DNA of 64,000 nucleotides from Leucoraja ocellata (lineage: Eukaryota): positions 248,001 to 312,000 of the forward strand of contig JAWMAR010001270.1 in assembly GCA_036785375.1 (NCBI GenBank), in the 5' to 3' direction. Every line of letters starts with the position of its first letter. Position 1 is the stretch's first letter. Under the pieces are notes generated by a model. It saw only the letters and a program-made list of their open reading frames with translations, did no database searches and was not told the origin of the DNA. Made by a program: the position numbers and the translations under genes. Of the stretch, positions 51,123-64,000 are shown in pieces.

Positions 51123-51479
51123 TAAACTTATGAAGTTAAACTACTTGTCGTTATTTCTACAACTTCATAATATGTACTTTAGGGATGTCATCTAACCCGC
51201 CGAATTATTCCAGCGCCAAGTGTTCCTAACGTACCAGTCAACAAAATGCTGGAGTAGCTCAGCGGGACACGCAGCATCTCTGGATGGAAGGAATGGGTGA
51301 CATTTCAGCTTGAGACCTGTCTTCAAACTGAGTCAGGGGAGAGGGAGACACAGAGATAAACTCCCACCCCTAAGTGTAAGGTGTGAAAACTAGACATGAA
51401 AGAGAAATATAAGATATAATTTCTTCAATTTTCCACGGCGATTTATAGCAAGATTATCACATGATTATAATTACATTGA

Positions 51480-51773
51480 CCGCAGATGAGAATAATGTCG
51501 CGCCTGCTGCAGTGACCCCGGAGATTATAACCATGGCAACGTGACCTCACCCCTTTCAGGATGTTCCCTGAACTGTGCTGACGTCTCACACATTTCATTT
51601 CCGGGTGCTTTCAACAGATCACCAGCCGCCCCGCTTGTTGGCGACGTCGCCCACTGCTACTCGCCACAAACTCGGGAGGAGCAGGGGAGACAGCGGTTCG
51701 CGCCCGCGCTTCGTCACTGGCTAACGGCAGCGCCGCTCTCACCCTCACCCGCAAGTCGAGCCTCGGCCCGATC
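51480..51773 (+). promoter_or_regulatory. AMFR CpG island promoter / 5' UTR
   Basis: CpG-rich; CCATGGCAAC (X-box-like), TGACGT, TTTCCGG and GCCCCGC motifs. Confidence 0.6.
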
Positions 51774-52166
51774 ATGCCGCTGCTTTTCCTCGAACGCTTC
51801 CCTTGGCCCAGTCTGAGGTTGTACACAGCCCTCAGCGCGGTACTGCTCGCCGCCAGCCTCTTCAGCGCCTACTCTCACCTCAGCCTGCCCCCGGGCCAAG
51901 CTCCGATCTCTGTCCCTCGTTACCATCCCAACCTCGGCACTCCCATCCCTATTGACGCCATAAGCGGCGATCTACCGGCCGCCGAAGCCAACAGCGACGG
52001 GGATACCGGAGCAGACCGCGAGCAGCGCGTCCACCCTGGCGCAGGGATCTACGTTGACCATGGTGAGCCCGATTTGGGACTCTCGGGCAGACCGGAGTGG
52101 GCTCAAGGCCACGGATTCGCCCTGGAAATAGCCTGGTACCTGGTATCAGACGGCTGGTGTATTTGG
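51774..52166 (+). CDS. AMFR: AMFR (gp78) E3 ubiquitin ligase exon 1; later exons not found in the window
   Basis: MPLLFLERFPWPSLR..YLVSDGWCIW, the diagnostic AMFR N-terminus; donor TGG|gtgagt, phase 0. Confidence 0.93.
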
Positions 52167-54532
52167 GTGAGTGTTTGGGTTTCTCCCTTCACCCCGCCCC
52201 CTTCCTGTCGCCGGAAATCTAAAAATCGAGAGGACTTTCTGTCCAAGCTTCATACTTTCAAGAGGCAAAATAGTTAAGGCATTGACTTGCTTCAGATTTT
52301 TCTAAATGTGCGAAATGTTGAAAGTAAAATTGCAACTCCCCCAAAGTGTTTTAAAAATATAGGAGATGTGAATTTTCTGGTGATAATGCGATGTAGTTGA
52401 ATTATCGCTAAAAACTCCGATGGTCAGATAATATTTCCTTAATTTCCCGTGATTTTCTCTGTTGGAAGGAATCGAATATTCTGCAGAACTTTTATTTTGC
52501 GTTATTTTAAAATTGGATACTTTGTATTTTTAAACATCTACATCAAAATCTTCAAACAATTTACTGAACTGAAAGATATGTTTCACTTGGGATAAATATT
52601 TAGAACATACAAAATAACATTGTAAATTAGTCAAATAAACGTTGTGAATCTGATTATTTGCCACTGGCATTGGATTCTTGTTGTGATGTGTTAGGAAATA
52701 CCTTTTATTCGTCATTGTATTTAGTTGAAATGTTTGTCCAAAGTTTTAAAGCATCTTGTAAATATTTTGGAAATTATTCTGTTAAATTCAAAATATCGCA
52801 AACTTGGTAAAACATGATATTTTATAATAGCCATAATGTTGTTCTGCAGTGAGTTAATAAACATGAAATTCCCTTTAAGCTACTCATGAATCTACATGAA
52901 TATGAATTGCAAACTTTTTGAACTTTGAAGATGAAATCGGAACTTGAAACAATTTCAGCTTGGATGCACATTTCATAGGCAAGATGGTGCCCAACAAATA
53001 TTTATAGTGTTTTAGTTAGTGGAATTTAAAGTCTTCAGACAGTTTCTACAACAGCTGTATCCAAATCTGAGCACAAAAAAAGAATCAAATTTTTCCCATC
53101 CTACTTAAATATTGCCATTTTGTGAATATTATATCTGTCCAAAGTGCTCGGTCTATCTAAACCTAGGCAAGGAAAGCAGGTCAAAGGACTTGGATCACAA
53201 TTGGATTTAACTGTCATATACTCATACCCATGTATATTAACACTCAGTAGAGATTCATGTGGTCAGAAGTCTCATTTGCTTTTTTATTCTTGCCTTAACC
53301 TGTGTGTTTGTATGCAAATGTTAATGCTTTTGCCATTTATCCATACCCATGTATGTTTACACTTGTTATCGAGTCGCTGAATAGTGGTCAGAAGCCTCCC
53401 ATGCTTTCTCCCCCCCCCCCCCCATGCAAATGTTAATGCTTCCCTACTCAAGGTTTATTTTTATGTTTCTGCAAACTTTTTCCCATTGCGTAATTTTGTA
53501 AAGCTAACTACTTTCAAAATTATATTTTGGGGATGAGTTAGAAGGGGTGGAGATTGTTGGACGTTTTGTACAATAAACAGAAGATTGATAGTTATGCTCA
53601 ATTAATAAAAGAAAATGGAGCCACATAATGGCAATCTAAATGTCAGGAGGCGCTTTTTGTCTGACAGTATAATCTGAAACATCACCCATTCCTTCTCTCC
53701 AGAGATGCTGCCTGTCCTGCTGAGTTACTCCAGTGTTTAGTGTCTACAGTATAACATTGGTGGTTGTTGTTTTGACTTTCACATGCAAGATAAAGCCTTC
53801 TCACTTCTATACGGTTTATGGATTATCTAGAAATCTGTGTATATAAGCTATCAAAGAGCTCTCATAAAGAACAGCCATAAATTTAAATATTCATTGTACA
53901 AGATGTAGAAGTGAATTTATGAGACAATACAAATAGTAAGAGCATACAAAAGAAACAATTTGGTCAAGTGCTGTCATGATAAGATAAATTTCCATTGAAT
54001 GTACTAGATTGTCAATTAAATGTATACAGTTACTTTAGCTAGATTGGGAAATTGGTTTAAAAAAAATGCTCGAAAGACAAATATTTAAATAAATATTTCA
54101 GTATAATGTATGTTTATTGAAAATTATAACACTTCTTTGGGAGAAATAATTTGGCCTAGAGAGAAAGTATAGAGTTGGATTAAGAGGTTTATAATGTTGC
54201 CGGATGTCTGGGGGCTGGTAGAATTTTAGTAACAAACAAAGAGATGTCAGTAATTGCCAGAGAAAATATAAGAAATAAAATTGGGCAAGAAAGGAATGTG
54301 TCTTATTTCTCAGAGGAAATGTAATCTAGGTCCCATTGGATTCAGAAGAAATTAGATTTCAGAATGAGGAAGTACACCAACATTTTTTTTGTCTCAACAT
54401 CATTTTAGAAAATGGGAATAAAGTCTGTAATGGAGCAACGACAAGGGAAAGAGTGAAAGTTGAAGTGAATGTATGGAACTTGGGGATGTGAAATGAGTGT
54501 GTGAAGGGCAGGACAGGGGCAAGTTACAGTTC

Positions 54533-54815
54533 TTACAGTTTGTGTGTGGCCTCACTCTGGCAATGTATGAGGCCAAGGCCAGAAAGATCGGTATGAGAAG
54601 GGGAGTTCACATGGTTAGCTACCGGGGTGTTCCAGCAGACCTTAGCAAATAGAGCACAAGTGATCAGTGTGAAGATCTGCTTTTCTACACTTGTTCTCGT
54701 TGATATAAAAGTGGCCAAAGTAAGGCCACATGGACTTTGGAAGAACAGCACCTTGTATTCCCTTAGGCAGCTTAGACCTCAAGGTATGGATATTGAATTC
54801 TCCAACTGCAAGTAA
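54533..54815. mobile_element. Penelope-like element GIY-YIG C-terminal fragments in both orientations (others at about 6255-6320 and 58430-59030)
   Basis: PVANHVNSPSHTDLS..HCQSEATHKL and LRQLRPQGMDIEFSN. Confidence 0.65.
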
Positions 54816-55369
54816 CCCCACCTATCCTACTCTCATTTCCCTATGTTGCACTGTGAAAACTACTCCATGAAGAGTGGATTTTTTCCAACTGAAGTTGCTC
54901 ATTGCTTGATTTAGTGAATTGGTAACATTGGGTGTAAGCCACGCTTTTTGGTGCCCAAGTATTAATTTTATGTTTTGGTCAAGAACTGAATATGCACTGC
55001 TGCTGTGTTTTTATCCTGTTTACAGTCTGTCTGGTAGAAATGGTTTTCCTTGGGAACCATTATTCAGTTTGACATGTTGTATAAAAGCATAGTATTGCAA
55101 ACTCGCTAACTTTAATAATTTAATAACTTTTTTTTACTTGTGTAAACAGTAGCAGCTGCTTTTGTTTTTATACCAGGTACTGATGGTCAGTTTCTGGATC
55201 ACTTATTTGCAAGTGGTAATTTTTTGAATAAGAGGGAATATTTTATGCTCACTTTGAGCAGAGGGTCAATAGAGGAACATCACCTGCCCTTTAGTCTCAG
55301 AGGCGCCTACATCAATGATCACTGTGGCAGTTGCAAGATCGGCCTTCCTGAGAGGGAATCTGTGGAATC

Positions 55370-56800
55370 CTACAATACATGAAACATGAAATTAAAGTGA
55401 CAAGTTGAAAGCCCAGGATTGGGGATGTGCAAAGGGGGGGGGGGGGATTGTACAGTTTGGTAGCCACAGGGGAAAAGGGCTCTCGTGGCGTTCTGTGCTG
55501 AATGTTGGTGGAACCAGTCTGTTGCTGAAGGTGCTCCTCAGGGTTGATCAGTGTGTCATGGAGGGGGTGAGCGGTATTGTCCAAGATGCTCTGCAGTTTG
55601 AGGAGTATCATCACCTCCAACACCACCTCCAGTGAATCCAACCTCACCCCCAGGACGGAGCCAGTCTTTCTGATGAGCTTGTTAATTCTGTTGGCCTCTG
55701 TGGCCGTCGTCTATTTTATGATGATCACTATTATCCTAGTGCCAAAGAAAACTAAGGTGGCATGCTGTAACTATTGTCCAATGGCTCTAACATTCACTAT
55801 CATGAAAGTGCGTGGAGAGACTGGTAATGGTGCAAATTAACTCCAGCCTCCCAGACACTTGATCCACTGCAGTTTGTCTCTCGTCACAATATGTTCCAGC
55901 GGATGTCATCTCACGAGCCAAGGTTCGCCTTTGGAACACCTACACAACAAGGACACTTATAATCTCATCCAAAATGATCTCCAAATTCGTGGACATTGGA
56001 GCCCGCACTGCCATCTGCCATTGGTTCCTCAACATTCTGATCCATAGACCACATTCAGTGAGGATAGGGGACAACACATTGTCCACAATAATTCCTAATA
56101 CCAGTACCCTGCAAGGATGCGTTTTCAGTCCCTTATGATATTCCCTGGACACTCGCAACTGTGTGGACAAATTAAACTCTAACTGCATCTACAAGTTTGC
56201 AGACGATACCTCTGTGATGGACTGGATGACAACGACAAGGCTGAGTCCAGAAAATAATGGAGAACCTAGTAACATAATGTCAGGCTAGTGATCTCTCCCT
56301 TAATGTTAGCAAGATGAAGGAGCTAGTTATCTACTTCATGAAGAGTGGTGGAGTAAGTACATGCCCCAATTAGCATCAATGCTACTGCAGTAGAATTGAT
56401 TGAGAAGTTTAAATTCCCTGGCTGTGGCTTCAACTGAATTGAAGCCACAGCCAATAAGGCACACTGACATTTCTACTTCCTCAGGTGACTGAAGGAAATG
56501 TGGCATGTCTCCAATGACTCTTACAATCTTTTACTATTGCCCCATAGAAAGCATATTGTTGGGTTGCATCACAGCTTTATTTGGTAACAGCTCTGCCCCA
56601 GATCACAAGAAATTGCAGATTTGTGGATGTAGCCTAGTTCATCATGCAGAGTACCTCCACCAGATACTTCCTGGTGCTTCGGAAAAGCAGCCAACATTAT
56701 CAAAGCCCTTCCCACCTCTGTCAAGCCCAGAAGATACAGAAGCTTGAAAGAGCACACCACCAAATTCCCCTCTGAATAGTTCTTCCATAAGATAGGGTAC
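55370..56800. mobile_element. Two degenerate Rex1-like LINE pieces (- strand about 55370-55700; + strand about 55720-56800)
   Basis: LQSILDNTAHPLH; KFADDT-like; IESILLGCITALFGN. Confidence 0.7.
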
Positions 56801-59800
56801 AGTCAGATTCTCCTCTACCTCAGATACACACAAAAAGCTGGAGTAACTCAGCGGAACAGGCAGCATCACTGGAGAGAAGGAATGGGTGACGTTTCAGGTC
56901 GAGACCCTTTCTTCAGAAACGTAGCAGGTCAGGCAGCATTTGTGTAAATAGAAACAGTTAACATTTTCAGGTCAAAGATGCTTTGTCAGAACTCAAATGG
57001 AGCAAAATATAGTTAGTTAAAAATTATAGAGAAGGCTATGGAAGCAATGGAGTAATAAAATAAATATATTTAATCGAGTTGCTCAGTGGGTAAATAGTAA
57101 TGGCAATAGATAGTGATAATGTAGACAACATCATGCAAAATATAGGACATGCCCGCTAAGAGGGATTGAAAAGCTGAATCAATTCCCAGATGGATGGCTT
57201 GCAGCAGAAGTGACAGTTCTACAGTCTCTTACTCAGATTGTAAACTATATCTTCCCCTTTTTCCCCTTCCACCCATATCCCACTTTCCAGCTTTACATTT
57301 CACTCTTCTATTTTCCTTATCTGATGCCTTTGTCTCCTTCTCAAGCCTAGCCGTTGTCACTTGCCAATGAAACATCCACACACACCACCGGGCACCTGTA
57401 TCCACATTACTAGCCAGGCTTTGTTGAACCCCCACCTTTCTTTTCCAGCTTTCTTCCCCCTACTCCAGTCATTCTGAAATGTTCCGACCCAAAATGTTGT
57501 TTGACCATTGCTTCAACAGATCCTTCCTGACCTGTGGGTTTCCTCCAGTACTTTGTTGGTATTATTTGCTCAAGATCCTGGGTTTATTTTCTCACCAATG
57601 CTGAATTACCTGATTTTACTCCGATTGGTAGAAAACTAGGCAGACTTCAATTCCTTAGGGTTTTTTTTTTTTTAAATCTCTTCCTTTTACCCACCACTGC
57701 CAATTTGAGTTTTGCAAGTGGAATGGGTAATTTGGATGAGATACAAGAGGGTGCATTGTCTGGAAAGAGTCACAACTATTTTTAGTTCCATTGAGACCTG
57801 TCAACAAAAACACAGTGCAAAAAAAAAAAAAAAAAAAAAAAAATCTTCTGAAGTTTGTTTTGATTATCTGTACACTAGGGAGTATTTCACACAAAATAAA
57901 CTGAGGTGGCATTTACTGCATGGTGCATAATTGATTTTTTAAATACACTCACATGTCTGATTTATTTTGCATAACACTGCAATCCCTGAGGTATGCCCCA
58001 CGTACACTGAGGCCAACTGAAAAGCATTTGGAAAGTTTGTAGGAGTCACCGTTGATCTTAAAAGAGGCAAATTAATTATTTTTAGTATATGAGCATGAGT
58101 TTTACGCTGCTTGTCATGTTGATATTCTGTCAATTTGTCCATGGCAATCCATTGAGAATGCCAAAAGACTATTCCCAAAGTTTATATCCAATTGATGTAC
58201 CGTGTGGCTAAACACTGTTCTAGTTGCAGTGCTGAAGAAAGCAATTATTAGTTTGGGCCTGAAGTGGGTTACTACCTTTTGATAATTGCTCCTGACCTTG
58301 AGAAGCTTCTGATGATAATTCTCTAAATGCAACAGGTTTAGCTGTCTCTGCAGCTGATCAAGTCACAGGTTTTATCTTGTGAGCATTCTGTTCTTGGCTT
58401 GGAATTTCAAGTACTGATGGTTTGCCGGTTTGGCTACACTTGGTCCGCCAAAGCCTACTGAATCTCCTGGTTGCTGACCATTTTAAACCCCCTTCTTATT
58501 CCCATACTGACCTTTCTGTTCTGAGCCGCCTCCATCGTCAGAGTGAGGCCATACATAAACTGGGGGACAACACTTCGTATTCTGCTTCAGTATCTTACAA
58601 CCCAACGGTATGAAAGTTGAATTCTCCTGTTTTAGGTAATTTCTAACCTAGTTTTCAGACTGATCCACCAATACTTTTTTGTACAATATTCCAGCATCCC
58701 CAATGTCCTGTAATTTTAATTTTATAGGTTCATATTGACAGCTTTTGGCACACAGCACTGTTCCTGACGTACCTCAACATTGAACTAGGGTTTTCCTTTT
58801 GTTCTGATTAGTTGTGTCAGAATCGGGCATATAGTGGTTTATGAAGTTACACTGTGTAATTCTGTTGCTGTTCATGGCTGATAGTGGATCCCAGCTGTTA
58901 TCTTCCCATTCCAATTCTGACCTTTCATTCCTGGTCCTCCATTGCCAGAATTAGACCTCGAGCAAACTGGAGGAGCTCCCCCTTGTATTCCGCTTGGGTA
59001 GCTTACAACCTAACTAATTTTAGGTAGCTAACCTACAAACAAACCTCCCCCTCTCAACCACTACCCCCTCCCCATCGCTTTTCTGTACCTACTTGGACTT
59101 ATCCCCCCCCCCCAATCCTGCAAGCTGCAAACGCAAATCTCGTTGCACTTATGTGCAATGACAATAAAATACATTATTATTATTATTATCCTCCTCCCCT
59201 TCCACCTAGTCTTCGTCTGGTTCACAATTTGCACTTCTAATCTCGCACCTGCTATCTTTTCATCTGTCCTTTGTTCAACCATCTGCCTATCAAACCTCCT
59301 GCATCCCCAGCCCACCCTTATCCACATACCACTTGCCAGGCTTTGTCTTGCTCCTCCGCTCTTCCAGCTTTCCTTTCTTCCCCATCACAATCACTCTGAA
59401 GAAGGGCCCAGACCTTGGGTTGCCACCACTTTGAAAATACTAGCAGCTAGAAAACTATCACTTTAAGTATTTATTAATTGAAATTTGTCAAGGGTGGAAA
59501 TAGGCACAAAATGCTGGAGTGACTCAGTGGGACAGGCAGCATATCTGGAGAGAAGGAATGGATGACTTTTCGGGTCGAGACCCTTCTTCAGACTGAAAGT
59601 CACGGGGTGTAGACGATAATGTAGAGAGACATAGAACAAATGAATGAAAATGTGCAAAAAAGTAACAATGATAAAGGAAACAGGCCTTTATTGTTAGCTG
59701 TTTGCAAGATGAGAAAACGTGGTCTGAGAGCAGGAGGAATCACAGAGGGGGAGCAGCGAGAGAGGATGCTGCTGAACACTCGTTGGAGGGAGGAGGAGAA

Positions 59801-61687
59801 CTTCTTCAAAATAGATATACCTTGAGATTTAGCAGTGGAGCAGATAAAATGTGTAAGAAGGAACAGCAGATGCTGTTTTAAACCGAAGATAGACACAATG
59901 CTGGAGTAACTCAAGCAGCATCTCTCGAGTACAGGAAATGACTAGAGCTATCTTAAAGATTTCATGTCGTACTGTTTTGTTTACCTTCACCACTTCTACA
60001 GTGAATAAGGTTTGTAAAACATAAATGTAACACTTACATCTCTGTAGACAACTTAGGTGAGATAGATCCCTTGAATTTATTTTGGTGAATACATTATCTG
60101 CTTTATCGTTTCTCTTTGAATTAGTTATCACATGTCTGCGTATCACAGTTGGTGAAGCTGATATAAATAAATTGAGCCATTCAATATCAAATATATGCGT
60201 GGACTGCGACAATACTGCATGCTGTTAAATAGTACCTTACTGAGACGTGTCACAGGAGTGTTGCAAAAGAGAATTTCACAGAGGTGCAATGAGAGGGAAG
60301 GCCAAATGACTCGATACTTGATCAGAGATTGGCATTGAGAACTATCCTGAAACTAAAATATCTGGTTAGAGGGATGCAGACAGGCATTGGCAATTATGCC
60401 AATGGGACAATTAAAAGCTAGGATGCTCACGATGCGAACTGGACGTGTGCTGGTACCTTATTCTATTGTAGGGGTGGAGAAGATAACTTTGGAGATAGGT
60501 GATAGGAAGGAGTGAGGCATGAACAATATGACAACCAGGAAGAGTATTTTAAAATTGAGACAATGCTTAATTGCGCGCTGCTTTGCCCAGGATTGATGGG
60601 CAAATTGGATTTTTTTCAACTTGGGTCACAGTTGCAGCGTCCGGAATGATCTCGAGCTTGTATGGGGCACAACGCTGAGAGGATATGTACATGTTGGAAA
60701 GGTCAAATCTAAAAATAACTAAGTATATGGGTTTTTGCCAGCAGGCACTGAGGCAGCAAAGTAGTCAGTCAGAAGTGCAAATAATGGTTTTCAAAGCACA
60801 ATTTGCGGTAGCTGTTCCAAGGGTCAAATATGAAACTATGTCATGATGTATCTGCTAATGAATCAGTTGCCAGGAAGAGGTAGGAATTTGTAACCAAGTA
60901 ATAGTTTGCATGCTGGATGGCAAATTGCGTAATGAATTGATATGGATTGATTTCACAACTTTGGAAAAATGTCAACCCAGTGCAAAGGCTAAATGAAGAT
61001 ATTGCAAGGTAAATGGTGCACTGTGCTAAATGTGATGGAATATAACAATTTTAGAGTGGAACACTGGGTCACACACAGGTGAACACCAGAGGACTTGGGA
61101 TAGATCAAAGTATGAATTTATGCTTAACTACTGTTGACAGCAATTGGAGCAAGCACTGTAGAAATATGTGCAGTCTAGTTGGGGAAGTAATTTTGGGGTA
61201 ATAGACTAAAATATTGGTCAGATTCCTTTCAAGACTATGTCACAATCGTCCATAATTTAATAATGGAAAGGATCTTGTATAAAAGTGAGCATAGTTTATT
61301 TAATTAGAGAGCGTGTTCAGTTATAAATGGGGTGGCAATAGTACAGTGATATGATTCCTGGATTAATAGTCTAAATGTCCAGGGCAAAGTCTTTGGGACC
61401 TAGATTCAAATCCCATGGCAGACCATGATAAATTTGAAATCCGGGATTTAAAAAATAATGATGATTCTGAAAACAAGTTAATTAGTCCATTATAAAAGAT
61501 GAGGTTTCTGAGTACCCCACATCCGCACACGATAAAATAGGTTTTGTGAAAGGAAGATGTTGCCTGACAAACCTGCTGGAACTTTTTGAGGAAGTAAATA
61601 GCAGGATAAACAAAGGGGAGTCCATGGATATGTTTTACTTGGATTTTCAGAACACCTATGATAAGCTGCCACACAGGAGGCTGCTAA

Positions 61688-62559
61688 AGGTGGTGGGCCT
61701 GATCTCAGACAACGATGAGAAGGCCTACCGGGAGGAGGTGGCTGATCTAGCACTGGTGCCAGGACAACAGCCTCCTCTTGAACATCAAAAAAACTAAGGA
61801 GCTGATCGTGGACTTTAGGAGGGCACATCATCAGAGGACGTACACACCATTGAGGATAAATGGGGATACTGTGGATAGGGTGAGCTGTTTTACATATCTG
61901 GGAGTCCACATCTCTGAGGATATGACATGGACATCACACGCCGCTGCACTCGTGAGTAAGGCAAGGCAGCGCCTTTACCACCTCAGGCAATTGAGGAAAT
62001 TCAGATTGTCTCAGAGGATCCTCCAGTGCTTCTACTCAGCGGCTGTGGAAAGCATCTTGTCTGGAAATATTACCATCTGGTTTGAGAATTGCTCTGCCCA
62101 GGACAAGAAGGCTCTGCAGAGAGCAGTGCGTTCGGCCGAACGCACTATGGGAACTTCACTCGCCCCTCCTCCCCCCCCCCCCCCCTGCAGGAACTATACA
62201 TCAGAAGGTGCAACTCCAGAGCCAATAAAATCATGGGAGACCCCTTCCACCCATACAACGGACTGTTCCAGCTGCTACGGTTAGGCAAACGCCTCAGTTG
62301 CCATGCTGTGAGAACGGAGAAGGAGCTTCTTCCCAGAGGCCATTCGGACTGTAAACTCCTATCTCACCAGGGACTAACTTTACTGAACGTTTTTCCTTCT
62401 AATATTTAATATGTAAAAGAATATGTGTGTGTTTATGATTGTGTTTATAGTTTGTTGTTTGTTTGTCTTTTTGCACAAAGTCCGCGAGCATTGCCACTTT
62501 CATTTCACTGCACATCTCGTATGTGTATGTGACAAATAAACTTGACTTGACTTGACTTG
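61688..62559 (+). mobile_element. Rex1/Babar-clade LINE 3' part with (GACTT)n tail, following a CR1 fragment
   Basis: KTKELIVDFRR..FTYLGVHISEDMTW..KARQRLYHLRQLRKF..VESILSGNITIWF; AATAAA then cttgacttgacttgactt. Confidence 0.9.
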
Positions 62560-62710
62560 GGGAAGGCAGCTCACCATTGTAGTTAGATTCCAGGTATTCC
62601 ATTCAGTTTAGTTTCTTAGTTCCTTACAACTAAATGGCTTGCTAGGCCAGTCGACGACATGTCATCTGCACAGACCTTCGCGTGTTACATGGACAGCGGA
62701 TGAAAGGCAC

Positions 62711-62762
62711 GGAGAATTATGCCTACCTAAGGGATCGATCTCTTAGGTAGGCATTATTCTCC
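62711..62762. repeat. 52-bp near-perfect palindrome, probably part of a small DNA-transposon remnant ending at about 62856
   Basis: ggagaattatgcctacctaagggatc|gatctcttaggtaggcattattctcc (2 mismatches). Confidence 0.85.
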
Positions 62763-64000
62763 CATGCCTTTACTATTTATATTTAATAATTACCATTTTA
62801 TTCCTTTAGTCAGGGTAGGCAGTGCCTACCTTGGCTACCCTGACTGCACGTGCCTGGTGTGGTCGATCGATGGAGCTTAAGGTTTTCCAGGCGAGTGCCC
62901 TCTAAGTAACTCCAGCATTCTGTGTCTATCTTTGGTTTCAACCAGCATCTGCAGTTTTTTCCTACACATTTGTAATTGTATTGCTGCTTGTGCAGATTCT
63001 TTCCAAGGAGTTGGCATTGGTTACTCCATGATGATCATTTTGCTGGGTTTTTCTAATGCCTGGGGACTTATGGACTTTTCTCAGACCCGGCCTGACTTTA
63101 TTAATCCTGGAGGCCTAAACTAAGATTTTTTTTCTGTAGAAGGGTCTCAACCTGAAATGTCACCCATTCCCTCTCTCCAGAGATGCTGCCTGTCCAACTG
63201 AGTTACTCCAGGATTTTGTGTCTGTCTACGGTTTAAACCAGCATCTGCAGTTCCTTCCTAAACATCTTTCACTTGCGGTTCTTGCAGGTGGTTGGCTCAA
63301 CAACGTTGGAATAGATTGGAAATAAATTTGCCTTTGAAAATCAGATGCTTCAGTAGCTATGATGTGAGGATCATAGTTTCAGGGCATTATGGTGTACAAA
63401 TGACTAAGGAATACTTTCACAAGTAAACTCTCTAGTTCCTTGAAGTTCTGTTTTGTTCATTGATTCATTTCAATGATACTTTATTGTCACTTGTATCTAG
63501 GTACAATGAAATTCTTTGTTTTTGCATACAATCCGGTAATATACACCAGACCTCACCTCGGCAGTACACAAAGAGTTGTCACATTACTGGTGCTGACAAA
63601 GTTACAAAAGTCAATCCAACAGTCTTCTTGCAGCGGCGAACAAAGTCTCCCGTCCCCCTCCCCCACCGCATCTTGGGAGTCTTCTGCTGCATCTCTGGAG
63701 ACTTGTATTGCATATTGTGATTTTGTGCTATGAGAAAGCTTTGAAATTCCTTGCATTTGAATGAAGCAACTCGATTACTATATTTTGCAACTGTTATTTT
63801 GAAGTCACGCTTTTTGAGTTTAAGGCACCATTTCAGACTAGCCCGATTACATACTGAATATTAATTTTCTGCTGCTGACATTGCTACTGTAAAAGCTAGA
63901 CCAAGCATAAACAGGTCGACTGCTTCACTGAACACACGAGTTTTGTCCACCAAGGTGTGCTGGATCCCCCAGTTGCTAACTATTTTAACACCCCTTCCCA

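Noticed and set aside
52167-64000. AMFR exon 2 (expected VLVNTACC..-like)
   Set aside because: Not found by eye; probably lies beyond the window

Overview
Repeat-rich vertebrate genomic DNA, most likely from a cartilaginous fish (skate/ray-type). That assignment is an inference from the abundant CR1/HER1-type LINEs, Rex1-like LINEs and Penelope-derived repeats. Splicing the exons by hand gives four genes. (1) The 3' end of a + strand type I membrane receptor (TM exon 2532-2636 with an Arg near the TM N-terminus, short tail, stop at 3759). (2) A complete 6-exon + strand immunoglobulin-superfamily receptor, 19300-31988 (307 aa): leader, germline-joined VJ-type V domain, C1-set domain, uncharged TM, and a tail with two ITIM-like tyrosine motifs. 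(3) NUDT21/CFIm25 on the - strand (7 exons, 226 aa, 45243-34479), convergent with gene 2. (4) Exon 1 of AMFR/gp78 on the + strand (51774-52166), divergent from NUDT21. Genes 1 and 2 look like an activating/inhibitory paired immune-receptor locus, with an antigen-receptor-like but non-rearranging VJ-C1 ectodomain visible in gene 2. Most of their exons are too short to appear in the ORF track. The rest of the window is transposon debris: CR1, Rex1, Gypsy LTR pieces, a non-autonomous Helitron, a long-TIR MITE and Penelope pLTR/hammerhead-like motifs. There is also a cluster of locally templated insertions at 10.5-13.3 kb.
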